Source: Deltaproteobacteria bacterium (GTDB lineage Bacteria > Desulfobacterota > GWC2-55-46 > DRQE01). Taken from it: a DNA stretch of 33,198 nt. The notes under the pieces are model-generated. The model was not told where the DNA came from. It did no database searches and saw nothing but the letters and a program-made list of their open reading frames with translations. The stretch spans positions 1 through 33,198 of the forward strand of contig DAOVKH010000001.1 in assembly GCA_030631875.1 (NCBI GenBank), in the 5' to 3' direction. Of the stretch, positions 25,005 to 32,652 are shown piece after piece; position 1 is the stretch's first letter; the number at the start of each line of letters is the position of its first letter. The position numbers and the translations under genes were made by a program.

Positions 25005-25433
25005 ATGACACCGATTATAGGAGACCTTATAAAGAACACGGTAGGTAAGGTTGTAGGGCGTCTTGCCGATAAGTATCTGCCTAAGTCTATGAGTGAGGCA
25101 GAGAGAGCCGACTTTAACATGGAGGCCGAGCGTCTTGCCATAGAGGAGTATAAGACGGCGATAGCCGACGTGCAGGGCGCACGCGAACTTGCCATGAAAG
25201 AATCCGATGACGCTCCGCCTTGGACTAAAGTCCTTACCGTTACGCACAGACCGATGTGGAGTCTTTTAATATTGGCGGCCTTTGTGTGGACAATCGTTGC
25301 GCCGTCCTTTGGTATGAATGTGATAACCCTCACCGAGATACATAAGGATATAATGCAGACGGTTATTATCTTTTACTTTGGCGGTCGTACTGTAGAGAAG
25401 ACGGCTGGGCTACTTCGTAAGTACAAGATGTAG
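25005..25433 (+). CDS. Holin-like membrane protein (DUF3154 / GTA_holin_3TM-like)
   Basis: 142 aa with SD AAGGAGGA. It has an amphipathic Gly-rich N-terminus (IIGDLIKNTVGKVVGRLADKYLP), a charged helix, then HRPMWSLLILAAFVWTIVAPSFG and IMQTVIIFYFGG hydrophobic segments. It is the last gene of the cluster. The family assignment is from memory. Confidence 0.55.
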   Translation: MTPIIGDLIKNTVGKVVGRLADKYLPKSMSEAERADFNMEAERLAIEEYKTAIADVQGARELAMKESDDAPPWTKVLTVTHRPMWSLLILAAFVWTIVAPSFGMNVITLTEIHKDIMQTVIIFYFGGRTVEKTAGLLRKYKM

Positions 25434-25461
25434 CGTTCTTGGTAGAAGTTGTTTTTCCTAA

Positions 25462-25505
25462 ACGTCCTTTTGTAGGCCTTTTGTGCCTTCGGAAGGGCGT
25501 TTTTA
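25462..25505 (+). terminator. Putative intrinsic terminator closing the phage-like operon
   Basis: ACGTCCTT (25462-25469) pairs with AAGGGCGT (25493-25500), with an inner AGGC/GCCT stem, followed by TTTTT. Confidence 0.45.
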
Positions 25506-25526
25506 TCTTATATAACGAGAGAGTGT

Positions 25527-25555
25527 TTGCCTTGCCGAAGAGATTGTTTTATAAT
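25527..25555 (+). promoter_or_regulatory. Putative lpxC promoter
   Basis: TTGCCT (25527-25532), a 17 nt spacer, then TATAAT (25550-25555). The lpxC ATG begins only 7 nt after the -10. Confidence 0.4.
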
Positions 25556-25561
25556 ATAGAG

Positions 25562-26467
25562 ATGTTTCAAAGGACTTTAAATAAGGCCGTAAAGTTTTCA
25601 GGCATTGGCGTGCATACCGGCGAGCTTGTGGAGGTAGAGATACTTCCGACCGAGACCTCGACCGGTATAAGTTTTGAGCGAGGAGACCTTAAGGGCTCTC
25701 CCACGATAAAGGCTTTGGCTGAAAATGTTGTCGCCACTGATTTCGCTACTACCATAGGTATAGATGATTGCAGAATCTCTACGATAGAGCATTTAATGGC
25801 GGCCTTTTATTGTCTCGGTGTTGATAACGCCCATGTTATAGTCGGCGGCCCAGAGATGCCGATACTCGACGGAAGCAGTGCGCTACTCGTAGAGATGATA
25901 GAGGAGGCAGGGCTTAAGACTCAAAACGCTTCAAGGGAATACCTCTTAGTAAAAAAGCCTATAAGGGTTAAGGACGGAGAGCGCTTTGTATATCTTCTGC
26001 CATTTAGAAGTAGAAGCGCGGAGCAGACACTGACCATAGAGTGCACGATGGACTTTACTCATCCCAGCCTCGACAGGCAGAGCTACTCCATAGACGTAAC
26101 GGCAGATACATTCAAGGAAGAAATAATGCGGGCTCGTACATATGGTTTCTTAAAGGACGTTGAGATGTTGAGGAAGAACGGCTTTGCCAAGGGTGGCTCC
26201 CTCGATAACGCCATAGTATTGGGCGAGGGTTATATAATGAACGAAGAGGGGTTGAGGTTTCCCGATGAATTCGTAAGGCACAAGGTCTTGGATCTTATTG
26301 GAGATATTTCTATGGCCGGGCGTCCTATAATAGGTAGAGTTAAGGCATTTCTCTCAGGCCACGGGCTGAACCATTCGCTCGTAAAGGAGATACTTAAGAG
26401 CACCGATAGTGTTGAGGTCGTAGAGCTGGTCGGTGCCGATATAAAGAGAGGTGTTGGTGGTAATTAG
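25562..26467 (+). CDS. lpxC: UDP-3-O-acyl-N-acetylglucosamine deacetylase LpxC
   Basis: 301 aa from ATG 25562. MFQRTLNKAVKFSGIGVHTGELV aligns with the E. coli [24 protein letters not shown], and HKVLDLIGD and GHGLNH motifs are present. The track ORF start at 25439 is an upstream open-frame artefact. Confidence 0.92.
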   Translation: MFQRTLNKAVKFSGIGVHTGELVEVEILPTETSTGISFERGDLKGSPTIKALAENVVATDFATTIGIDDCRISTIEHLMAAFYCLGVDNAHVIVGGPEMPILDGSSALLVEMIEEAGLKTQNASREYLLVKKPIRVKDGERFVYLLPFRSRSAEQTLTIECTMDFTHPSLDRQSYSIDVTADTFKEEIMRARTYGFLKDVEMLRKNGFAKGGSLDNAIVLGEGYIMNEEGLRFPDEFVRHKVLDLIGDISMAGRPIIGRVKAFLSGHGLNHSLVKEILKSTDSVEVVELVGADIKRGVGGN

Positions 26468-26548
26468 AAACCCTCAGCTGAATTACCTGATGTGATCATG
26501 AAGAGAGAAGGCCGAGTCTTATTTAGCTAAAGGTGCTTAATGATTTAT

Positions 26549-26579
26549 ATGCGTGGGGTATTTAGCCGCGCATTTTTTT
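26549..26579 (+). terminator. Rho-independent terminator of lpxC
   Basis: ATGCGTGG (26549-26556) pairs with CCGCGCAT (26566-26573) with one G-U, followed by a T7 run. Confidence 0.65.
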
Positions 26580-26695
26580 ATTTCATGCGGAGAACTCCGG
26601 CCAAAGTCGGTTCTGCATCTGATTCGGTCATATTGCCAATGGATTTAAATCACGTAAGTTGTTCTTTGTATGTCGCCTCTGATAGGTGGCGTTAA

Positions 26696-26730
26696 AGTAA
26701 AAAGCTCCATCCCGCATTGCGGGCTGGAGC
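26696..26730 (-). terminator. Rho-independent terminator of the cold-shock gene
   Basis: On the minus strand: GCTCCAGCCCGC-AAT-GCGGGATGGAGC followed by TTTTTAC. Confidence 0.7.
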
Positions 26731-26764
26731 CTTGAATTAAAAGGTAGTTATTCTCAGAGACTTA

Positions 26765-26965
26765 TTACTGAGGAATTACGTTTATTGCCTTTGTGCCTTT
26801 TGCATCCTCTGTGAGTTCAAACTCTACGGGCTGACCTTCGGCGAGTGTCTTGAAGCCATCGCTCTGGATCGACGAGTAATGCACGAAGATGTCCTCACCT
26901 GAGTCCTGCTCTATGAAGCCGAAGCCCTTTGCTTCATTAAACCACTTTACTTTTCCCATTGCCAT
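26765..26965 (-). CDS. cspA: Cold-shock protein, CspA family
   Basis: 66 aa from [33 protein letters not shown] (RNP1 KGFGFI, RNP2 VFVHY-like), with SD AAGGAGGG 8-9 nt upstream. The longer track ORF (to 27052) is a 5' extension artefact. Confidence 0.92.
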   Translation of the reverse strand: MAMGKVKWFNEAKGFGFIEQDSGEDIFVHYSSIQSDGFKTLAEGQPVEFELTEDAKGTKAINVIPQ

Positions 26966-27120
26966 AACACAAACCCTCCTTTTATGAGTTTCATAAGCCA
27001 TTGTGGTTTTGTAAAAGGAACAATGATACTTGTAAATGAACCCCTGAAACAAAACGCTACTATTAGCTTATTTGGCAAGGTTAGCTTAAAAGAAAAAGAT
27101 TGTCAATAAATATCTTTAAC

Positions 27121-27417
27121 TCAGCCCATATGCACGGCAAAGGCGGTTAAGTCTTCGGTAGCCTCTATGCCGCGAGTAGCCCCCTTTTCGACGACTATCA
27201 TATCGCCGGCAGTAATCTCTTTTTTTTCGTCGTCGACGGTCATAATACCGGCACCGCTCAATATGTAGAATATCCCGGTACCGCTGGCATGAGGGGGGAT
27301 TAATTGACCGGCCTTCAGGCATATGAGCGGAACTTTATAGTCGGGTGATACTTTGAGTATTCGAGGCATGAACGCATCGGAAAAGCCTACCTTCTCTGAT
27401 ACTCTTATAATTTCCAT
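27121..27417 (-). CDS. Cupin-domain protein (cupin_2-like)
   Basis: 98 aa. GQLIPPHASGTGIFYILSGAGIMTVDDEKKEITAGDMIVVEKG matches the two-motif cupin barrel pattern. Confidence 0.7.
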   Translation of the reverse strand: MEIIRVSEKVGFSDAFMPRILKVSPDYKVPLICLKAGQLIPPHASGTGIFYILSGAGIMTVDDEKKEITAGDMIVVEKGATRGIEATEDLTAFAVHMG

Positions 27418-27450
27418 GGAATAGGTCTCCTCAATATTAGGGGAAAAAGA

Positions 27451-27526
27451 TGGTGGAGGGTACCGGGGTCGAACCGGCGACCTTCTGATTGCGAACCAGA
27501 TGCTCTCCCAACTGAGCTAACCCCCC
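27451..27526 (-). tRNA. tRNA-Ala (anticodon CGC)
   Basis: The minus-strand sequence is GGGGGGTTAGCTCAGTTGGGAGAGCATCTGGTTCGCAATCAGAAGGTCGCCGGTTCGACCCCGGTACCCTCCACCA. It folds as a 76 nt cloverleaf with anticodon loop TTCGCAA, the G3:U70 Ala identity pair, and an encoded CCA. Confidence 0.93.
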
Positions 27527-27675
27527 CACATGGAATTAGGATTAAGTTTATTATTTTGCCACAGAAGCCTGTCTCTTACAAGAAGAAATCAGAGCATTTA
27601 TTCCTATGATTTTATATTAGGTAGTCTGTCATGGTTGGGGCATGCAGGTAAGTAGTAAGCAAGGGAGACTCTCTC

Positions 27676-28032
27676 TTAGCGGTTGAGGATTTCTCTTATC
27701 TTCTCTTTGAGTTCTCTTAGGTCCGAGGATTTAACGATATATGCCTCTGATGCCCAAGTACCGAACTCCTGCTTGTAGTGAGGGTAGGCCGTGCAGAGTA
27801 CGACCGGGAGAGTCTTCCATCTTTCTTTTATGCGCCTTAGAACCTCAACGCCGTCTATGCCCGGCATCTTTATATCAAGGAGCACGAGATCGATATTTGA
27901 TTCATCGAGCCTTTCGAGTGCCGCTTCGCCGCTTGAGGCGAGGGCTACCTCATAGCCCTCCTCTTCGAGCTCTTCTTTATAGAGCAGGCGGATTCCTTCT
28001 TCGTCGTCTACTACGAGTATCCTGTTTTTCAT
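27676..28032 (-). CDS. Single-domain response regulator (CheY-like receiver)
   Basis: 118 aa. It has ILVVDDEEGIR, DLVLLDIKMPGIDG (phospho-Asp), a VVLCTAY-type beta4 and a conserved Lys region, and no output domain. Confidence 0.88.
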   Translation of the reverse strand: MKNRILVVDDEEGIRLLYKEELEEEGYEVALASSGEAALERLDESNIDLVLLDIKMPGIDGVEVLRRIKERWKTLPVVLCTAYPHYKQEFGTWASEAYIVKSSDLRELKEKIREILNR

Positions 28033-28080
28033 CGACTATACCTCACACTTAGAGTATACAATAAAATTCAGATTAGTCAC

Positions 28081-29301
28081 TTACTTCGTTATTGCACTAT
28101 GATTATTAATGCTTCGAAGGCCGACGGTAAAGCTTACTCCACATGTGTCGTTGTTCTTGGCCGTTATCCATCCGCCGTGCCGTGTTATTATCTTATGAGT
28201 TATTGTAAGGCCGAGCCCTGTGCCGCGTTCCTTTGTGGTAAAGAAAGGGTTAAATATATCACCCATAAGTTCGGGCGGTATGCCGCCTCCGGAGTCGCTT
28301 ATCGTGATTACGGCAAATTCGCCTTCTCTTTGGCTGGAGACAGTTAATTGGCCGCCTTTATCCATTGACTGTATCGCATTGGCGATAATATTGTCAAAGG
28401 CAATCTTTATCTGATCTATGTCGGCCATGACCAGTGGCGCTGGGTCCGTAAGTTGTTCCGTTCTTACCGTGATGTTGTGGCTGGCACAGGAGTCTTTGAA
28501 TATTTCAATGGGCTCTGCCGTAAGGGAGTCTAAGCTATGAGCCTTTAGGTCGAGCTTGTGCTCGTCCGCTACGCTCAGGATGTTGTTGATGATGTTTTCG
28601 AGCCTCGTTACTTCCGTTGACATGCGGTCAACGTACTTGGCACAGGTGTTTTCTCCGAGTTCCTTCTTAAGCCTTGCCGTGAAGCCTCCGATGTTTACGA
28701 GCGGGGTGCGTATTTCGTGGGCGAGTGTTGCCGATAGTTCTCCGAGTGCCATTATCTTTTCGGCATGCACGAGGCGTTCTCTGAGCTTCTCCCGTTCACG
28801 GTGCATACGTTTAAGGCGTGTGTAATTTGTCTCGCACTGGATGGAGGCACTAAGTTGTTTGGCGATTACCGTCAGCATTTCTTCACGCCTTGGGCTCAGG
28901 CGTGGTTTTTTTATAGCCTTTAAGTAAAGTACGCCATAGAAGAGGTCGTTACTAATAAGCGGGTATAACTTGGCATATCGAAAGTTATCGAGTTCCGTCT
29001 TTTCTAACGCACTTATCTTCATCGGGTCGAGGTCGGTGCTCTCTCTGTCGATTGTTCGCCGTTTTTTGCGAACCTCTGCAGGCAGGCCTTCGCCTTTGCT
29101 ATAGAAGTGTTTGCGTTCAGTAGAGCTTCCTGCGGCGGCCGAGAGCGTGAAGGTCTTCTCTTTATGGTTCCAGAGGTATATGGATGAGTCGTCGAAGGGG
29201 AGGTGGGCGTTTAGCTCTAAGGCTACACCTTTAAGGCGTTCAGCGAGCTTTTCATTTGAGTCGGTAAGCTCTATTACTTTCGATAGTATGTTGTAGCCCA
29301 T
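28081..29301 (-). CDS. Cytoplasmic sensor histidine kinase (GAF-like N-terminal domain, HisKA, HATPase_c)
   Basis: 406 aa with no TM segment. It has the H-box LGELSATLAHEIRTPL, N-box FDNIIANAIQS, and G-boxes DSGGGIP and GTGLGL. Confidence 0.88.
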   Translation of the reverse strand: MGYNILSKVIELTDSNEKLAERLKGVALELNAHLPFDDSSIYLWNHKEKTFTLSAAAGSSTERKHFYSKGEGLPAEVRKKRRTIDRESTDLDPMKISALEKTELDNFRYAKLYPLISNDLFYGVLYLKAIKKPRLSPRREEMLTVIAKQLSASIQCETNYTRLKRMHREREKLRERLVHAEKIMALGELSATLAHEIRTPLVNIGGFTARLKKELGENTCAKYVDRMSTEVTRLENIINNILSVADEHKLDLKAHSLDSLTAEPIEIFKDSCASHNITVRTEQLTDPAPLVMADIDQIKIAFDNIIANAIQSMDKGGQLTVSSQREGEFAVITISDSGGGIPPELMGDIFNPFFTTKERGTGLGLTITHKIITRHGGWITAKNNDTCGVSFTVGLRSINNHSAITK

Positions 29302-29334
29302 GTCACGTCACCTAAGTTTAAGTAAGGTTAAAGT

Positions 29335-30351
29335 TTAGTCCACCTTTGTCTGACGTAAGAATTCAGCCGCTTCTTCAGGCGGTGTCGGGATTATATAGAA
29401 CCCCGAGCCCCATTCAAAGCCCGCGGTCTTAGTGAGTTTTGGCATAATCTCAAAGTGCCAATGGTAGTGGTCCATATTGTCGTTGTTCTGCGTGGGAGAG
29501 GTATGCAGAACGAAGTTGTATGGCGGCGAGTTGAGCACCTTATTCAGTCGTTTAAGTACGTCCGAGAATATAAGCGACAGGCTCTCGAAGATACCCTCCT
29601 TGGAATCTTCAAAGCGAGGCTCATGGAACTTCGGGAGTATCCATACCTCAAAGGGGGCTTTCGGCGCATAGGGCGTTACGGCCAGAAAGTCGTGGTTCTC
29701 GGTGACTATGCGTTTCTTCTGCGATATCTCTTGGCGGATTATGTCGCAAAAGACACAGCGTTCTTTATAGCGGTAGTAGGCAAGGGCGCCGTCAATCTCC
29801 TCTGCCACGCGCTTCGGTATTATCGGCAGTGCTATTAACTGCGAGTGCGAGTGCTCCAGAGACGCTCCTGCCGCCTCGCCGTGGTTCTTAAATATAAGTA
29901 TGTAGCTAAGTCTTTTGTCTTTCTTAAGGTCGACTATACGGTCACGGTATGCGCGTAGAATATCTTCAAAGTGTTGTACGGTTATGGTCGCGAGCGTATC
30001 TGAGTGGTTCGGGGATTCGATGATTATCTCATGAGCGCCGATGCCGTTCATCATGTCATAGAGGCCGTCGCCGGCACGGTTAAGTTCGCCTTCGACCTTC
30101 AGTGCGGGGAATTTATTTGCTACGATACGGATATTCCAATCAGGTGATTCGTTATCGCCATCTTCAGAGTTGTCTTCGTCTCGGTAGGTTACTATAGTGG
30201 GAGGTGTCTTCTCTTCGTTGCCTATGCAGAAGGGGCAAAAACCGCTCTTAACGGGAGCGGCGCATTGATGAAACTCCGAGGGGCGTTTGCCTCGCTCAGT
30301 CGATATTATAACCCAACGTCCGATGACGGGGTCTTTTCTAAGCTCTGACAT
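29335..30351 (-). CDS. galT: Galactose-1-phosphate uridylyltransferase family protein (HIT superfamily, GalT-like)
   Basis: 338 aa from MSELRKDPVIGRWVIIS. It has the zinc motif CPFCIGNE and the active site HSHSQL. The 29 residues upstream in the track ORF are hydrophobic junk and lack an SD. Confidence 0.8.
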   Translation of the reverse strand: MSELRKDPVIGRWVIISTERGKRPSEFHQCAAPVKSGFCPFCIGNEEKTPPTIVTYRDEDNSEDGDNESPDWNIRIVANKFPALKVEGELNRAGDGLYDMMNGIGAHEIIIESPNHSDTLATITVQHFEDILRAYRDRIVDLKKDKRLSYILIFKNHGEAAGASLEHSHSQLIALPIIPKRVAEEIDGALAYYRYKERCVFCDIIRQEISQKKRIVTENHDFLAVTPYAPKAPFEVWILPKFHEPRFEDSKEGIFESLSLIFSDVLKRLNKVLNSPPYNFVLHTSPTQNNDNMDHYHWHFEIMPKLTKTAGFEWGSGFYIIPTPPEEAAEFLRQTKVD

Positions 30352-30485
30352 CGTCTCTTGCTTTCCTAAAAGGTCTTTGAATGAAGGTAGTAACAATAGA
30401 AAGTATAGCACATAATGGAGTTTGAGGGGAGGTACCAAGTGTAGTGAACCTTAGTCTTGCGTTAGATATTACTCTGTGCGTGGGG

Positions 30486-30857
30486 TTAGTGGCCGGCCTT
30501 TTTTTCTTCTTCCTCTTCTTCCTTCTTACACTCTATGCAGGAGGTCGTTACCGGGCGTACCTCTAATCTCTTCTCTGAGATATCTTCTCCGCAGATTTCG
30601 CAGACCCCGTACTCTTCGTCCTCGTCATCGATTCTCTTGATGGCTTCTTTAATCTTGCTTACGAGTTTTCTCTCCCTGTCCTTTACGCGTAGCGTAAAGT
30701 TTCTGTCGGTCTCGTGGGAGGCGCGGTCGGTTGGATCAGGAAAGCTCTCATCCTCGGTACGATTCATATCTATGACGGTTCGTTCGGCATCGTCGAGGAG
30801 TTCTTCGAGCTGTTTGTTGAGTATTCCCTTGAAGTGTTCTCTCTGGCTCTTATTCAT
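30486..30857 (-). CDS. dksA: DksA/TraR-family C4 zinc-finger RNA polymerase-binding protein
   Basis: 123 aa with a coiled-coil N-terminus, CEICGEDISEKRLEVRPVTTSCIECK (CxxC-N17-CxxC) and an acidic tail. Confidence 0.85.
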   Translation of the reverse strand: MNKSQREHFKGILNKQLEELLDDAERTVIDMNRTEDESFPDPTDRASHETDRNFTLRVKDRERKLVSKIKEAIKRIDDEDEEYGVCEICGEDISEKRLEVRPVTTSCIECKKEEEEEEKKAGH

Positions 30858-30903
30858 AAGTAGATATCTTAACCTAAAAAGGTCTCTTTATGCAAATATT
30901 AAA

Positions 30904-32652
30904 TTAAAGGCTGAAGGCCGGCCTTACCGGACCTATCATAGGCATATCGGTGAAGTCTTCTTCCTCGTACTCGAGCTCTTCGAGGTCATCTTCTTCATAC
31001 TCAAGTGGGCGGAGCTTTAATATAGATTCTTTTTCTATAGATTCGTTATATGGGTCGGCAATCTCTACTATACGGCGGCGTTCGAATTTAAGAAGAAAGA
31101 GTGACTTCTCGGTCTCTCCGTCACTATCAAAGCTAATAAGGCCGGTAACGCCGTCGGTCGGTTTCATCGTCGCTATAGCATCTTTGATGGAGATAGATTT
31201 TTCCACTGAAGTATCTATGCCCGACAGGAGTACTCGTGTCGCGTCGAAGGCCTCTGCCTCTATTATCGCCGGTTCATAGCCGTATGCTTCCTTAAAGAGG
31301 GTTACGAAGTCGTGCGTTACACGGCGTTTACTCCTTGGGAAGAAGCCGTCGACAAAGACCGCGCCCTGGATATAATCGCCGGCACTGCGTATCAGCTCGG
31401 TCGAGTTCCAGCCGTTTGAACCGAGGAGTTGCAGGTCTTCGATATTGTAGTAGGCGATGTAGGGAGCTATCTGTGAGATGGTAGCGTAGTTGTCCGGAAT
31501 GAAGAGGGCATCGATTTCCTTAGTAGTGGTATATTCCGTGACGCGACGCCTTCCCTGCATCGTCTCTTCCATCTCTATACCGAATAGTTCGGTAAATTCT
31601 TCGCCAAAGTCCTTCTTCTTAGGCTCGTAGGCGCTAATGGCTACGACCGATGCACCGCGTTTTTTGACCGCATCCGAGAATAGCGAGGCGAGTTTTTTGC
31701 CGTATGGGTTTTCGGGGTAGAGTATTGCGAACCTTTCCTTGCAGAGCGCGCGCGTGGCATACTCGGCCAGTGTCTCGGCCTGCATCTTCGGAGTTATAAA
31801 GTTCCTGAAGATGTTCTTTCCGGATTTGGCTATCTCTTCTTTCTGGGAGAGTATTATCGCCGGCACTCGCCGTCTCTTAGCGACCTTTGCCGCGCCGAGA
31901 GCATTCTTACTCCTAAGAGGGCCTATGATGCCTTCGACATCTTCCTTCTTGAGGAAGTTCCAGAGGTCTCTCTCCATTGGATTCTTAGCCGTACTCTTTT
32001 CGGATAGTGCCGTGTCGTGCACCTTGACCTCGACGGCAACCGGTGAGTCTCCATCGGCCTCTCCGTATACTCCGGCGGCCAATAGGATACCCTTAAGGGC
32101 TCGTTCTCCGTAGGGAGCGTAATTACCGCTAAGCGGAAGCACCGCACCTATGGTTATCTCCTGGAACCGATCGTTGAGGGAGCTTGTGACGGCGGCTATC
32201 GTCGTAAGTAAAAGTTCGGCCTTTATCTGAGCCTCTACCGTAGCGTTCTCCGTAGTCGCGAGCGATTGCAGTACGGATTTGGCTTCGAGGATATTACCCT
32301 TGCGATAGAGTGAGTATCCGAGCTTGTATAGCGAGTCACTTCTGTCGCGGCTCTCGCTAAACTTGTCTACGAGTAGCCTGTAAGCGCTTATGGCGGATTC
32401 AAAGTCTTTCTGCTCGGTGTAGATGGAGGCTATCTTCATAACCGCCTCCTCGACCATATCCGAGCGGCGGTGTTTGCCTATGAAACGTTTGAGTTGCCTG
32501 AGGTTATCTTCATTTGCTCCATTGGTCTCAATATCCAGGAATATCTTTGAGAGTAGTTTCCTGGGGCTTTCGGCACCGTAGGCGATATTGTCGTAGATGG
32601 GCACTAAGGCGAGGGATATCGCAAATGCTATGGCTATAAATTTTATCTTCAC
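30904..32652 (-). CDS. Exported TPR plus type-I periplasmic-binding-fold protein (LivK / LpoA-like)
   Basis: 582 aa with a GTG start overlapping the dnaJ stop. It has a signal peptide, TPR-like repeats (residues about 60-140), then GAVLPLSGNYAPYGERALKGILLA typical of Peripla_BP_6/LppC folds, and an acidic C-terminus. Confidence 0.65.
   Translation of the reverse strand: MKIKFIAIAFAISLALVPIYDNIAYGAESPRKLLSKIFLDIETNGANEDNLRQLKRFIGKHRRSDMVEEAVMKIASIYTEQKDFESAISAYRLLVDKFSESRDRSDSLYKLGYSLYRKGNILEAKSVLQSLATTENATVEAQIKAELLLTTIAAVTSSLNDRFQEITIGAVLPLSGNYAPYGERALKGILLAAGVYGEADGDSPVAVEVKVHDTALSEKSTAKNPMERDLWNFLKKEDVEGIIGPLRSKNALGAAKVAKRRRVPAIILSQKEEIAKSGKNIFRNFITPKMQAETLAEYATRALCKERFAILYPENPYGKKLASLFSDAVKKRGASVVAISAYEPKKKDFGEEFTELFGIEMEETMQGRRRVTEYTTTKEIDALFIPDNYATISQIAPYIAYYNIEDLQLLGSNGWNSTELIRSAGDYIQGAVFVDGFFPRSKRRVTHDFVTLFKEAYGYEPAIIEAEAFDATRVLLSGIDTSVEKSISIKDAIATMKPTDGVTGLISFDSDGETEKSLFLLKFERRRIVEIADPYNESIEKESILKLRPLEYEEDDLEELEYEEEDFTDMPMIGPVRPAFSL

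Noticed and set aside
24946-25008. A 20-codon mini-ORF (MLSIKDKLRRVSFELRRIML) whose TGA overlaps the holin ATG.
   Set aside because: It has no SD, is very short, and the strong SD for the holin lies inside it. It is probably fortuitous, though a leader-peptide role cannot be excluded.
9378-25561. Flanking direct repeats (attL/attR) or terminal inverted repeats around the cluster.
   Set aside because: Comparing 9378-9770 with 25434-25561 by eye showed only trivial shared 6-7-mers (e.g. CCTTGCC). Without an alignment tool I cannot exclude short att cores, so none is claimed.
25439-25561. The 5' extension of the lpxC ORF in the track. The same issue affects galT (30352..30438) and csp (26966..27052).
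   Set aside because: The extensions are non-conserved, hydrophobic or odd sequence ahead of methionines that align exactly with the family N-termini. For csp and galT, the SD sequences precede the internal ATGs.
27451-27526. tRNA-Ala as the integration target (attB) of the phage-like element.
   Set aside because: It lies about 2 kb from the right end of the cluster, with lpxC, csp and a cupin gene in between. No partial tRNA duplicate was seen at the left boundary (9378-9480).
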